A DNA stretch of 61,684 nucleotides, counting the filler. It is 13 parts of 13 records of this genome, joined end to end, with 100 filler letters (N's around TTAATTAATTAA, not from the genome) between each part and the next. Parts side by side here need not be neighbours in the genome. Positions count along the whole stretch, not along the records: positions 34,034 to 37,847 come from SRR15195285_10295; positions 37,948 to 41,925 come from SRR15195285_10304; positions 42,026 to 46,671 come from SRR15195285_10307; 10 more parts are not named here. One strand, 5' to 3'. A program made the position numbers and the translations under genes. Under the pieces are notes generated by a model. The model did not search any database. It was not told where the DNA came from and saw only the letters and a program-made list of their open reading frames with translations. Each line of letters opens with the position of its first letter. Positions within the stretch are counted from its first letter, which is position 1. Shown here in pieces: positions 34,698-46,100 of the stretch.

Positions 34698-36689
34698 ATG
34701 TCGAGACGATCCCGGCGCAGCAGCACCGCGGCCTCTTCGATGGCGACGTCGGTGGCAATCCGACAGGACAGAGACGCCGATGCTGTGAAGCGTCTGATGA
34801 CAGGCAGGAGCCTCGTGCCAGCAGTGCTGGACGCTGAAGAACATGTCAATGGTACCACAACCACGCAAAAGCCTGCGAGTGGCGTACCGTTCACCTGCTA
34901 CCGATGCGGGCAACCCTTACAGGGCTCGCTGGAGGATTATTCCCATCCGTGCCTAAGCAACGTAGAGCATATGGAGGACAGGCCAGTCAAGGAGCGCCAC
35001 GATCTTGTCGAGCGTCCGCTAGCACACGAGCCACGAGGACCTACACTGAGCAAAGCACAGCTGAGACCGTCTACTGACCAGGGTGCTGTCGCTGCTACAC
35101 CGAGTGGTATCCTGAGGGCAGGCAGAGACGAGCCTAGGGAGCCGAGACCTTTGGAACAAGTGCGCGCAGATTTAGTGAAACGTGGCCTTGACTCCGCAGA
35201 CATCGGTGGTTCCAAGCGACGGCGGCTCACAACCGACAGCAACAAGAAACCAGGGTTGGATGCAGCGATGGAAGAGAACAGGCCCCGCACTCATGCTTGT
35301 CCAATCATGCCGCCAATGCACGGTGCTATCGACGCGCAAGACGCCCACGTCGCCGATGACCTAGATGACAACTTAGGCACAACGTTGATTAAGCAACGCC
35401 CACCGCCCAGCATGAAACAGGCTGTGCTGCCTTCAGTTGTGGGGCCTGTGTGCTCGGTCGTTGTGGCAGAGGAGCAGGAGGATACTGCAGGCAAAGGGGA
35501 AATGTTGCCAAAGACGCAGCGTCAAACCACGGAACACGAGGGAGAAATTGCGAAGGACCTCCCAGCACATACGGGAAGCGACAACCATCGTCGTAGTAGG
35601 CGCGGGTCAACACAGGCGGCCTCCAAGGCCGCTGCAAGTCTCGCTTACCAGGAAAAACACAAAGCCAAAATCGCTCGCGAAATTCAGCGTTGCGCTGCAC
35701 AACCGAACACCACATTACACTCCAAGTCACCTACACACGGAACGTCACTACAAGGCAAAACCAACGACGATACATTTGGTGGCAAAGAGTCCAGCACGGA
35801 TGGACAATACGAGGTAGAGATCGTTAAGGCGTTCCGACGCAATCGCTGCGAAGAGTTGGAGTACTTGGTGATTTGGAAAGGGTACCCAGCTAGCGACGCA
35901 ACGTGGGAGCCTGCCGCGAACCTGGCCGATCTGGAGCCCGAATTGTTCGCTTTCACGCCGCCTGTCTCAACAACTGAGTGCATAGACGAGGCGAGAATAC
36001 GACCAATTGTGCGGGGTGCTGGCGAATTGAACAATTCGTGTCGACGATGCCAGTGCCTTGGCTGTGGCACGCGTCGCTTCGTGAAGAAGGCAGACACTAC
36101 ACGGCACCCGCTGCAACAAGAAGGCAAACGCGGTGCACACTGCAGTTCAACGTATGCGGAACCTGTCGCAAGTGGATATTCAGGCTCCAGCAGCTGGCCA
36201 GTCGAGCTTCTTGGCCCAAAACCACGTCCTCCGTACGGTGGAAGGGTTCCCGTAGCGGCTACATCAAATTCAGAGTCGCGGAAAAATCAGCAAGATTCGT
36301 GGCCGACTGTGACGTCACGACCACCTGGCGTCGATACCAGTGTGGCAACGCATATAGTAAGAACCGGTGCCACTGAAATGGATGCCACAGCTAGCGAGCC
36401 CCGCCAGCTGCCGTTGAACAATCTGCCAGCAGCAGTGGTGCAGTCGCTCCGTGGCGTCGGGCCCTGCGATCACCTGGAGAAGGGAAAATTGCCGGCTGGA
36501 TGGTACGCGTTCATGCAAGTCGCGTTCGTGCATTTACCACGCGCGATGTATCCTCAATTGATGGATGCACTGTCATTTGATTTTAATGTGGCTACTGCAC
36601 TGTGGCAGGATTCGCCGCGACCCGTTGCTTGGGAGCTTGGATCGCACGCTCAGCACTGGGTTGACACGTGCTATGCAAGCACAAGATGA
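34698..36689 (+). CDS. Chromodomain-containing, largely disordered protein
   Basis: YEVEIVKAFRRNRCEELEYLVIWKGYPASDATWEPAANL is a chromodomain with aromatic cage residues Y/W/Y. The 3' end is uncertain. Confidence 0.75.
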   Translation: MSRRSRRSSTAASSMATSVAIRQDRDADAVKRLMTGRSLVPAVLDAEEHVNGTTTTQKPASGVPFTCYRCGQPLQGSLEDYSHPCLSNVEHMEDRPVKERHDLVERPLAHEPRGPTLSKAQLRPSTDQGAVAATPSGILRAGRDEPREPRPLEQVRADLVKRGLDSADIGGSKRRRLTTDSNKKPGLDAAMEENRPRTHACPIMPPMHGAIDAQDAHVADDLDDNLGTTLIKQRPPPSMKQAVLPSVVGPVCSVVVAEEQEDTAGKGEMLPKTQRQTTEHEGEIAKDLPAHTGSDNHRRSRRGSTQAASKAAASLAYQEKHKAKIAREIQRCAAQPNTTLHSKSPTHGTSLQGKTNDDTFGGKESSTDGQYEVEIVKAFRRNRCEELEYLVIWKGYPASDATWEPAANLADLEPELFAFTPPVSTTECIDEARIRPIVRGAGELNNSCRRCQCLGCGTRRFVKKADTTRHPLQQEGKRGAHCSSTYAEPVASGYSGSSSWPVELLGPKPRPPYGGRVPVAATSNSESRKNQQDSWPTVTSRPPGVDTSVATHIVRTGATEMDATASEPRQLPLNNLPAAVVQSLRGVGPCDHLEKGKLPAGWYAFMQVAFVHLPRAMYPQLMDALSFDFNVATALWQDSPRPVAWELGSHAQHWVDTCYASTR

Positions 36690-37272
36690 TGTCGCTTCTC
36701 AACTGCGTCGTTACTTGTAAGTCTATAGTGCAACGTCGATCGCACATGCTCTGCTGTCAGCACTGCTCGCGATTGACCTGGTCATCTACGGGCTATTTGA
36801 CGTATGGCATGGTGTTGTGGTGCTTCCTGGGTACCTGTACATATGCTTCACTTGTGCTTGGTTGTAGAGGCAAGCTTGAACCAAAGCGGGATGGAACAGA
36901 GCGATGGCGACCACCAGGGCCACTGCCTGGCAACTAAACGTAGCGTGGGCGACAGAGAGACCTTGCGTAGAGGCGCAGGCGATACTTCTGCCTGTCGCTG
37001 TACGTATTTGGTGCTGCTGCGTAGTTTATCTTTCTAATAAGCATGATATTGCATTCATAGAACTATTACCATGCGCGGCGTGAGCGCTGGCCTCCAGTCA
37101 ACAGATGCTCAACAATGATCTGAATTTGTAAGTTGAATTGATTGACTACTGCAGCGAGACGTGCTGGCAGCACAAAGTACAAACAACGATAGTCGCAGTT
37201 CCATGATTGTGAGCCAAGCTTCTAGTCTCGTTCCGGCTTGCAACGAGACACTTTCAAAGGCTTCGAAGCTAG

Positions 37273-37740
37273 TTACACTGCGACACATGCGCCACCACTT
37301 AGCTTCGAAAGGTAAAGGTCTAGACATGTGCACACCATGTAGCCTAGACTTGAGCAAACAAAAGCACTGCGCGAAAGCTGCAGTTACACTCACGCTTCGA
37401 AGACGCCTCCGCTTGAGCTTCCTGGCGAGCCGTGAATTGCTTTGCAAAGTTTGTGCGGCCAGTCACGATGTACTCTGGGTGCTCCTTCTCGTAGGCTTCC
37501 CAATATTCTCTTGCCTCTTTCGGAGCTGTTGGGATCTCAGACTGGTGGGCTCTGGCGTGTGCAGCGTACTCCGCAACCGCGCCTGGATGAGCGCCCTGTT
37601 TATCATGCGGTGTATGTCAGTCGTGTCAAAACCACATCATGTGAAAGGGGCACCTGATTGTAGCTGTTAGTACGCTTACCTTGGGGTATGGGATCTCGCC
37701 GGCCACTTCCCTAGCTTTCATGTCTGCCACAATATCGACC
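37273..37740 (-). CDS. 3' exons of an unknown protein ending in PTS1 SKL (absent from the ORF track)
   Basis: Exons 37740-37680, 37595-37394 and 37277-37273; introns GTAAGC..CAG (37679-37596) and GTGAGT..CAG (37393-37278). Reads VDIVADMKAREVAGEIPYPK-GAHPG...QAEASSK-L*. Confidence 0.8.
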
Positions 37741-37847
37741 CTGGGAACACAGCAAGAACTTAAGACTCCGACAGCGCTGCTTGGTGCCTACTGCAAGTGG
37801 TTAAACGTCGAGCAAGATAGTGGTGTGCAACGCACATTCCCGGCCAC

Positions 37848-37947
37848 NNNNNNNNNNNNNNNNNNNNNNNNNNNNNNNNNNNNNNNNNNNNTTAATTAAT
37901 TAANNNNNNNNNNNNNNNNNNNNNNNNNNNNNNNNNNNNNNNNNNNN
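37848..37947. other. Artificial contig spacer
   Basis: N44-TTAATTAATTAA-N44. Confidence 0.99.
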
Positions 37948-40127
37948 AGCAGCAGCAGCAGCAGCAGCGACAGCAGCGACGAGGGCGAGGATATTTTCGC
38001 GTCCGCGGCGGAGGTGTCCCGCAGGCGCGCCGCGGCGAAGAAAGCTCAAGTGGCCGCCGCTGCGGAAGAGAACGCCGCCGCCCGCGCCGCCCAGGCGGAA
38101 GATGCAGACCGACGCAAACGAGAACGCGCTGCCAGCCGGCGCGCAAGCCGGAGCTGCAGCCGGAGCGTCAGCCCGGAGTTGACAGCGTCGCCGCCTCGCG
38201 CTTCGACCACAGCGCCCGCCACAGCCACTGCCGGTGCGGCTGCGAGTGGCACAGCGCGGGCGAGCCGGAGGAAGCGGAAGCGCTCCAAGCGCCCGCGCCA
38301 ATTCTACGGCGTGTACCTGCTGGCGTCGCTGCACCCATCACACACTCGCTCGGCGTATATCGGCTTCACGGTCAACCCGCCCCGCCGGATTCGTCAGCAC
38401 AATGGCGAGGTCAAGGGCGGTGCGTGGAAAACGCACAGCAAGCGGCCATGGGAGATGCAGTTGGTGCTGCACGGTTTCCCGTCACAAGTGGTCGCGCTGC
38501 AGTTCGAGTGGGCCTGGCAGCAGCCATTAAAGTCCAAACCCATGCGAGATGCGATGTACCGCGCAGGCCTCAGTGAGCGCGGCGATGCATCTAGAAAAGT
38601 GAAGGTGCTGTGCGAGATGCTCTCCTTACCGCCGTGGAGCCGTTACCCTCTTACGTTGCGATGGCTCAAGCCGGAAAACCGGGCAAAGTTGCTCCGCGGT
38701 TGCCGTCCTTTGCCTCCGAACATTCGCGTCACCGAGGGCAGCGTCGACCAGATCGAGTGCGCACGCATCGTGTTTCTCGACTCGCGATGGCCTGCCCGGC
38801 CCACGCGCCGAGATTTGTACGCCTGATTTGACAAGTCTGCTAACCAGCAATAACTGCGTGTGCACTTAGCATTGACGAAATCGTCGATGAGGACAGCGAC
38901 CTGGAGTCTGACGACGAAGCAGCGGCGAATGGAACACGTGGACTCTCGCTGCCACACACTTACGGGTCGCAGCTGTCTCAGCCGTTGGGCTTGTCCCAGG
39001 ATGGCACGGCGGATACGAACCAGGATGCACCGGGGCCACGTCTGGTCGCAGCTTTGCGGTGTGCTGGCCAGGCTGTAGACTGTGCCGTTTGCGGTGATGA
39101 TCTGTCGCCGCCTTATGCCAAGCACAACTGCTTCATATCCGCTCCGGCAACAGCAGCAGCGACGGTGCCAATGCGAGCTCACCTCCATTGTTTGGGCCTC
39201 AGCTTTATTACGCGCGCAGAGCAAGAGGAGCCCAATGGCGTCGGCTCCGTCGTGCTAGGGGCTCAGAGCGTTAATGCCAGCACCAGCGATTGCCGGCCAC
39301 CAGTTCCATGGGTACCCACTACAGGACAATGCCCAGCATGCTCCGAGGAGCAGAGCTGGGCAGATTGGTTGCGCATGACGAAGTACCGCTTTCCATTGCG
39401 GCGACAGTCTGCAGACGAGGGCGGGGACGAGGAATCTGCAGCGGCACCGGTGGCTGGTCGTGGTGGCGAGATCAGCGAGAGTGAGAGCGAAGGAGAAGGA
39501 AATGGGTACATGTTCTCGGATACAGACACAGAGTCAGAAGCAGTGGATCCAGCAGCAGCAGTAGCAGGATCCAATCGAAACAACAACGAGCAGTTGCCTC
39601 CAACACGTGATGAACTAGAAGAACAGGAATCTTTGGGCACTGACTCTTCAGATTCAGAGATTGACACGGAGCAGACCCTTGCAGAAAGGTTAGGTCGCCG
39701 GCAGCGGCAGAAGAAGAGGCGCCGAGCGCAGAAGCCATCTGCAGGTGTGTGCATCTTGTCTCCAGTTGCTGACCTTGGTGACAGAGAGGAGGCAGAGGCC
39801 GTGGCCGAAGACGAAGTGTCAGGGGGCGAGCACACGGACGAGGCAGCGGAGAGACACAAAAGTCGACTGCAATATCGGCGATTACAGAGCACCACGGAGG
39901 AGATCTCTCTCCTGTCCCCTTCTCTGCTGGAGTTGTCCCCGGACACGACTTCGCCCGAGCCTGACCTGGAGCAAATAGATGGTGACAGACCGCTTGATTC
40001 GCGCGGCGCAGGATCAACCCAGCAGCATGCTAGGCACCTATCATCGAGCGAAGACGAGGATGAGGCAGCATTGTTGGACTCTGATTCCGATTGTGTCGTC
40101 CTGATGACCCAGAACGAGCACACATAA
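37948..40127 (+). CDS. SLX1: Structure-specific endonuclease subunit SLX1 (GIY-YIG plus RING-type finger); 5'-partial
   Basis: FYGVYLL...YIGFTVNPPRRIRQHNGE..GGAWKT...RPWEM...GFPS..ALQFEWAWQ. Intron 38757-38869. C-terminal CAVC...HLHCL...GQCPAC...W. Confidence 0.93.
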
Positions 40128-40194
40128 CTCGACTCTACCCTTCATTATGGGCGGCCTTACACGTACAAACTTGGGTACTGCCAGACCCTACTCG

Positions 40195-40653
40195 TCACGC
40201 TAATTCAAGACAAGCAGTCGTCGTCCACAATAAACTCTTCATCGGAGTCATCGTGCGGCTTTGCCTTTGGCTTTGTCTTCGGTTTGCGCTGCTTCGGTTT
40301 GTGAGCGACTTTCTCGCACCAGCGCGGCTACCGCCGCCTCGCTTCTTCGGTTTGGATTTGGCCGTCGGCTTAGCGTTCGGCTTAATTTTTACCTTAGCGT
40401 TGGTTTTACCCTTGGCACGTGAGCCAGCTGCTTGCGAACTCTTCGTTGTGGTCTTGGGCGCTGCAGGCTGGCCTGGCCTGTACCCGCCATCTTTTTCCTC
40501 CGCGCCTACAATAAAGCTATTTAGCACTGATTTCTTACGCTTGGTGCCTGCCTGGGAGCCCTTGTCCTTGCTCTTGATGGCCGTACTTCGGCAGCTTTTG
40601 AGATGCCTAGCGTGGGCGGCGCTAAACTGCTTCTCACAGATTGGGCATGACAT
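40195..40653 (-). pseudogene. Small C2HC zinc-finger/Lys-rich ORF with an apparent frameshift
   Basis: MSCPICEKQFSAAHARHLKSC followed by a K/P-rich tract. The natural continuation KVAHKPKQRKPKTKPKAKPHDDSDEEFIVDDDCLS* is in another frame from about 40310. Confidence 0.4.
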
Positions 40654-40680
40654 CGGGCATAAGCTTATGCCCGGTGTCAT
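40647..40680. repeat. Palindromic hairpin repeat, GGCATAAG/CTTATGCC family, copy 2
   Basis: ATGACATCGGGCATAAG|CTTATGCCCGGTGTCAT, 17-bp arms with one T-G pair. Confidence 0.85.
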
Positions 40681-40850
40681 CCCGTTCTATTTTGTCCGGA
40701 ATACTAGCACTACTGAATGATCGAACCAAAAACACAGCGAAGAGCGACGTAGGGAGTCTAGATCGTTGCTACATGAGCGCGAGGAGTTAGCGCAAACTGA
40801 TGATACAAAGTCTAGTTTCCTTTGTACTACATGCTCTCTCCGGCTTGCAT

Positions 40851-41831
40851 TCACTCCACCAAGTCATCGTCGCTGCTGGTATCATCGCTGGTCGCTGCGA
40901 TCATTGTAGGAGGAATGTTGCCCTCGTCAGCATCAGCCGCGGCTGAATCCACGCTTGTGCCTGCAGCCCCATAGGTTTCCTTGTGGGTTGTTAACAACCC
41001 AATTGTTTCCCCATCGCCATCATCTGTCGCCTCCTGGGTCTTGTCTCCAGCCACGGTCTTTCCTGTTGAGTCTTGCTTCTTCTCTACAGCGACCGTCGGT
41101 GCCAACGCCGCAGCCTCGCCCCTGATCTTGGCCTCCACATGAGCGCGTGTGAAGATCACTCCATCAACTACCAACCCTACTGCTTGCTTCCACTGACCCA
41201 GGTGTGGGTGGGCCGAGATACCCACGCTGGCGCCTTGGGTCTTCACACCGAAGCCGATTCCTCCACCCACGTAAAGAGAAGACACTACCCCGAGGATGAT
41301 GATGACCGCCCATCCCCATCCGCTAGCAACGTGACAGCCAGGGCCGCTGATGTAAGAGTCCCCCGCTACTGGATCATATGCAGTCTTCTCAAAACCTCCA
41401 CCTTCTTTCAGAAGGCAAGCCTCGCCGTTGAAATACCTAATCAGCCCAGCATGGAGGAGTGCGGAATGTACGGGCGAGGAAGTCAGTCCTACATGTGAGG
41501 GTAACTTTACGAATGAGCAGGTTCAAGCGCGCACCAAACGTCGCACTTTTTGTCCATAGTCTTTGCGCTACCTGGAAGCGCGTCGCTGTTCCATAGTGTG
41601 CACAGTGCGCAGCACTCGGCGGCTCTGTGGCCGGGCACAGCACAAGAGCACCGCGCGTGTGATGCATAGTTGTCAAGGAATTGAAATGTAGACGCGCAAT
41701 AAGACTGAGGGCGAGGGGTAGAAGCTGCAGTGCGCACGTTTTGGCCGTGGCACAGACAGCCGCGTTGGACGTGCTCGTGCAAATGTCACACTTGACGCCG
41801 GAAACCGGTCCCGCTGTGGGGCAGTTGAGCC
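40851..41831 (-). CDS. Type I membrane protein with a PAN/apple-like domain and an M6PR/ATG27-like TM-tail; 5'-partial
   Basis: Introns 41737-41625 and 41534-41437 give ...TAAECCALC...KCDVWYFNGEACLLK..., TM WGWAVIIILGVVSSLYVGGG, then HPHLGQW...LVVDGVIF. Confidence 0.75.
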
Positions 41832-41925
41832 CTACGCCAACGCGCGAGGTGGTGCCAATACAATCATATCAATGCCAGTTCGCTGAGAGGACGGCAGATC
41901 TCACCCCGACCTGCCCCCCCCCCCC

Positions 41926-42025
41926 NNNNNNNNNNNNNNNNNNNNNNNNNNNNNNNNNNNNNNNNNNNNTTAATTAATTAANNNNNNNNNNNNNNNNNNN
42001 NNNNNNNNNNNNNNNNNNNNNNNNN
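41926..42025. other. Artificial contig spacer
   Basis: N44-TTAATTAATTAA-N44. Confidence 0.99.
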
Positions 42026-42170
42026 TTGAGAATTGAATGGGACTTTGTGTACCATGCATGCATACCTTAGGTAGCTGCCAGTGCTGTGTCGACTGGTAGA
42101 GGAGTCGGACGTCCCGATCTGCAGCCGTAGAGGGGTTTTGCGTTGGACCCGTGCAGCGTCGGCGTTCAGT

Positions 42171-43094
42171 ATGTACGTGCAGCAGTGGCAGGCGGAGGGG
42201 CTGGCTCTGCAGTTTTGCGGCGTGGCAGTTGACAGCCAGGCGACGCTGGTGCGGGTCAGGCGGGTGCTCATCTCCGCCTACCTGCTCGGCATGTTCCAGC
42301 TTGCGTTAGGTGCTCGCGACTTCTATGAAACCAGGGCGTACTTGGCACTCATACCCGTCGCGGTCGGTGTGCTGGTCATCGGTTGCAGCCACGTTGGCGC
42401 CAAGGAGCGCAACGCCGGACTCATGGGGGGCTTCGTGTGCTTGAACTGCATCAGCATGGTGCTGGTCGTGCTGGGACTTGCCGCCGCTGCATTTGGCTAC
42501 CTCGCCTTTAAGAGATCCACCGTCGAGATTCAGGCGTGCTGCCCAAAGCTCCAGCAGTGCGACTGGGCGCAGACTGGCTGCGCCTGCAATGCGACATTTG
42601 CCGGCGGAAGGGACATAATACAGTTTCTGCCCACGGCCGCTCCCGCCTGCAACACCAGCAGTAGCAGCGGTGGGGACCACCACCGCCATGGGCGAGAAGA
42701 TTACAAAGGCCCGCATTGCCTCGATCAGCACGAGTGCGACAGAATGACTTACGAGGTGGCGCACCCTTTTGTGGCAGTTTGCCTACCCTTCTTGGTCGCC
42801 TTGCTACCGTGCTTGCCAGCCCTCGCTGGCTGTTGCTTCGGTGTCTCTCTGTGCCGCGACCCCGGGCACGTCAAGGGCCTCAGCGACACTTATGTGAATG
42901 CGCCGATGGGCACCTCCACAAACTCGGCCTCCGTCTCAAGCGTAGTTCCGACGCATGCGATTGGATCGCGGCTCCCTGGCACTCAAGTGACCAACCCATA
43001 TCCCACGATGACGCGGGCGCAGCAGCGGCAGCAACAGGAGGAACAGGATTACAGAGGGTATAGAAGCCCGCGAGAAGACACAATAGGGCTGTAG
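42171..43094 (+). CDS. Tetraspanin-like four-TM protein
   Basis: Three N-terminal hydrophobic helices with IGCSHVGAKERNAGL at TM2/TM3, a Cys-rich large loop (ACCP..QC...CAC...C...C...C), then TM4. Confidence 0.65.
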   Translation: MYVQQWQAEGLALQFCGVAVDSQATLVRVRRVLISAYLLGMFQLALGARDFYETRAYLALIPVAVGVLVIGCSHVGAKERNAGLMGGFVCLNCISMVLVVLGLAAAAFGYLAFKRSTVEIQACCPKLQQCDWAQTGCACNATFAGGRDIIQFLPTAAPACNTSSSSGGDHHRHGREDYKGPHCLDQHECDRMTYEVAHPFVAVCLPFLVALLPCLPALAGCCFGVSLCRDPGHVKGLSDTYVNAPMGTSTNSASVSSVVPTHAIGSRLPGTQVTNPYPTMTRAQQRQQQEEQDYRGYRSPREDTIGL

Positions 43095-43171
43095 CGTGGG
43101 GTAGTAGCCACTGAGTGTGCGTATATTGATTAATGATAGCCTTTGATGGCGCAGCTCGCGCCCAGCGTGAA

Positions 43172-46100
43172 TCAGCTCAGCAGGCCGACGAGCTGACGGC
43201 ACGCCAATGCTAGTCGTGGTGCGAACTGTGGGCTCATCATATCACAGAGCTCCAGAAGCTGTGGTGCATTTTCCTCGTCGAGGAAATGCGATTCGATCTC
43301 GGACTCGCAGCGCTGTTTCAGGCTCTCCATCATCAGTGCGTCAGCGGCAACGAGCAAGCGTGTCGCATTGTGAGGGGCAACAAACAAGCCTCCACCAGCT
43401 GCAGCCCGCGATGCCTCGTCGTCACCGTTAGTGTAACACCACCTGACGACGTCACGAAATGTCTCCGGGTCAAACTTGGTCGGCAAGTCGAAATCTGTCA
43501 ACCGAAGCGTGATCACGTCACCCCTGTTCGTTGTATCCATCCCAGCGGAGGGGGCTGTTCCAACAGCTGTCGAGAACAGCTTGCGAAAGTATTGCGAGCG
43601 AGCTGCTAGGACGCAACGATGTGTCCAAATAGTCACGACCTCCTCATCGCTCACTAAACGAAGGCAAACATCGGCACCGTAACGTGTTGGTTCTTCCAGC
43701 ATGCGCCGCATATCCTCTACAAAGGACGACCTGTCACTCAGAGGGCTCGGGACATCTTTTTGCTTGACTAGGCTGCGCGCCGGCGGGACAAGTGCTGTAG
43801 CCAGTGCACTAAGTCGCTGTAAGCCGAGCATCGTTCCAATCACTTGAAGCTCCTTCGCAACGTGTGTGCCAGTCTCCAGTGGTAAGATGTCCGTATAAAG
43901 ATAATGCAACAGTATCTCTCCGCAGACTGCCCGAGCTTTGCGTCCATCGGGCAATGAAGGAAACTCCATGTCCCAACCATCCGTGTCCGCTATATTTGTT
44001 GCTGGATCAAGATCACGGACATCGCACCAAACCGTTGCACCCTCTAGTTGAACCTGCACACGGGTGCCAATCGGCACTTTCTTTGTCACAGTACCAACAG
44101 CAGCAACGTCACCCACAATGTCTGCGGCCCCATGGAGCAAGTCGTCTCGATCCACTTGCTGGCCACCAAGGAATTGAGCGTTCACACGGCTGCGAACTCT
44201 GACGAGAGTTCCCAGTGCCACCCGTGCCTGTGCAGCCAGCAGGTGCAGACGAGGACACCGCCCAAATACGACCACTGCATGTGCACCAAGCGTCTTTTCT
44301 ACAATCCCGCCTGCCCCAGCCTCAAAACGAAGCGTCAAGTCGGTCATAGGCAATTCCTTCTCTGCAGAATCCTCTGGTGTACAGCGTTGCTTGAGCAGAG
44401 GCGAGAAATCTGAGGCGAACGAGCCTTCTAGAGACTCTAACACGGCAGCACAGTGTTTCCACCCGCCCGAGGCACTAACCACCTTTTCGGACCGAAACGC
44501 AGTGACTCGTCCTACCTCACCTAGTCCTCTCCATGCGAAACCACCATCCATCCCACTTGATCGGTGCCCGAGAACACCAGCAGAACCCCAGCCGAATGTG
44601 TGCAGCGCACCGTTTTTAGTAATTGCCATCGTGTGTAGCCAACCACAGGCGACCACCGTGACACGACCGCTGCCATCTTTGCCCACAGGTGGCATACCAC
44701 GAATAGGCGTCGGGCGCGTTACGACGTGCGTGTCCTCTTCTGCCTCGTCTACTTCAAGAACCCCTTGCTGCCCCTGCATCGCATCAATTGCACCTGTCGC
44801 GTGAGGCCAGAACCTACAATCAACAGGCAAACGGGATGCAGCGACTCACGTATTCCGAGTGGCCACAGGCTTGCAGGGTGCCGTCGGCTGTACGAAACAC
44901 AGTGTGATTGCTACCACACGCAACCTGGACCACGCCACACGCGGTCGCTTCATTTCGCCTAACGAGCTGAGGGCGGAGCGAGTCTCGTGTCGTACCGCGG
45001 CCGAGCTGACCGAAAGTACCGAGACCCCAAGAGTAGCAGTCTCCTTCAGCACTGACAGCAACGGCATGCTGTTGCCCACATGCGACATGCACAATGCCAC
45101 ATCTGTCGAGGTCTGTTAACCGTTGAGGTGTGTCAACAATCCAGCGATGACCCAGACCCAGCTGCCCTTTGTCGTTGATGCCCCATCCGTAAACTTCGTA
45201 ACGATGAGGATTGGTGTCATGTTCTGTGCCTGCTGCAGCTGCTGATGCAAGGCGTCTTACCACTGCCATTGAAAAACAGTACCCACCAGCGACATCCACG
45301 ACTTCGCAGCTTCGACACCATCCTTCTTCGTCCACATCCTCCCAACATCCTGGGCCCACTTGATACGGGGTGAACTCTGAGCACCGCTCGAAGCTGGACC
45401 GTTTTTGACCAGAGCCAGCCTCTGTCGGCACCGCCGCTGCATCTGCTCCACCTCCTTCGAAGGCGTCGACCATCCCGCGTGTGCCACCACGGGACTCTAC
45501 TGTACCATCTTCTTCGTCTGCATCTTCAGCGCCGTCAGGTACACCCTCCTCAATGTCATCGGCGCTCGCTGCACCGTCCATGAGGCCTGGCTCCAGCTCC
45601 GGCTGGGGCTCTGATTGCTCCGCTGGGCCGTCCAGGTAGCTAAAATGAGACTCTGCGATCATCTTCTGGTGGGCCTTGGACAGAGCGTTGAAGTCTCCGA
45701 CACCGAAAAATTGCACCGTGCCCTCGACGTTCTCGCGGTAGCGCAGCCCGAAGCAGTACAGCTGCGACTGGGCTGTGATCACCATCGAGCTGTAGGCGCC
45801 AGCTGCGACCCTGCGGGCCCGCTTGGACGAGAGTGGCTCTACACGACGTGGGTATGGACAAGGTATGTTCGTCGGATTACCACCGTGACCGAGCTGTCCT
45901 TCGCGGCTGCGACCCCAAGAGAAGCAGAAGCCCATGGAGTCGGCGCAGAGCGTGTGCTGCTCGCCGCAGGCCACGCTGACAACCGCGCGCGCTGAGAGCT
46001 CGTTGCGTGGCACCTCTTGTGTGGCATCCGCGGCTGCTGCGATCTGCTTGCGGTGCTCCGGTCGCAGGCGCTCATCATCTAGAGCAGCGTCCTGCGCCTC

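Noticed and set aside
35800-35930. Chromodomain as part of a chromoviral LTR retrotransposon integrase
   Set aside because: No RT, RNase H, integrase or LTRs are visible on the contig
38290-38530. GIY-YIG nuclease as a homing endonuclease or mobile element
   Set aside because: The motifs (RRIRQHNGE, ALQFEWAWQ) and the C-terminal RING-type finger identify the housekeeping gene SLX1
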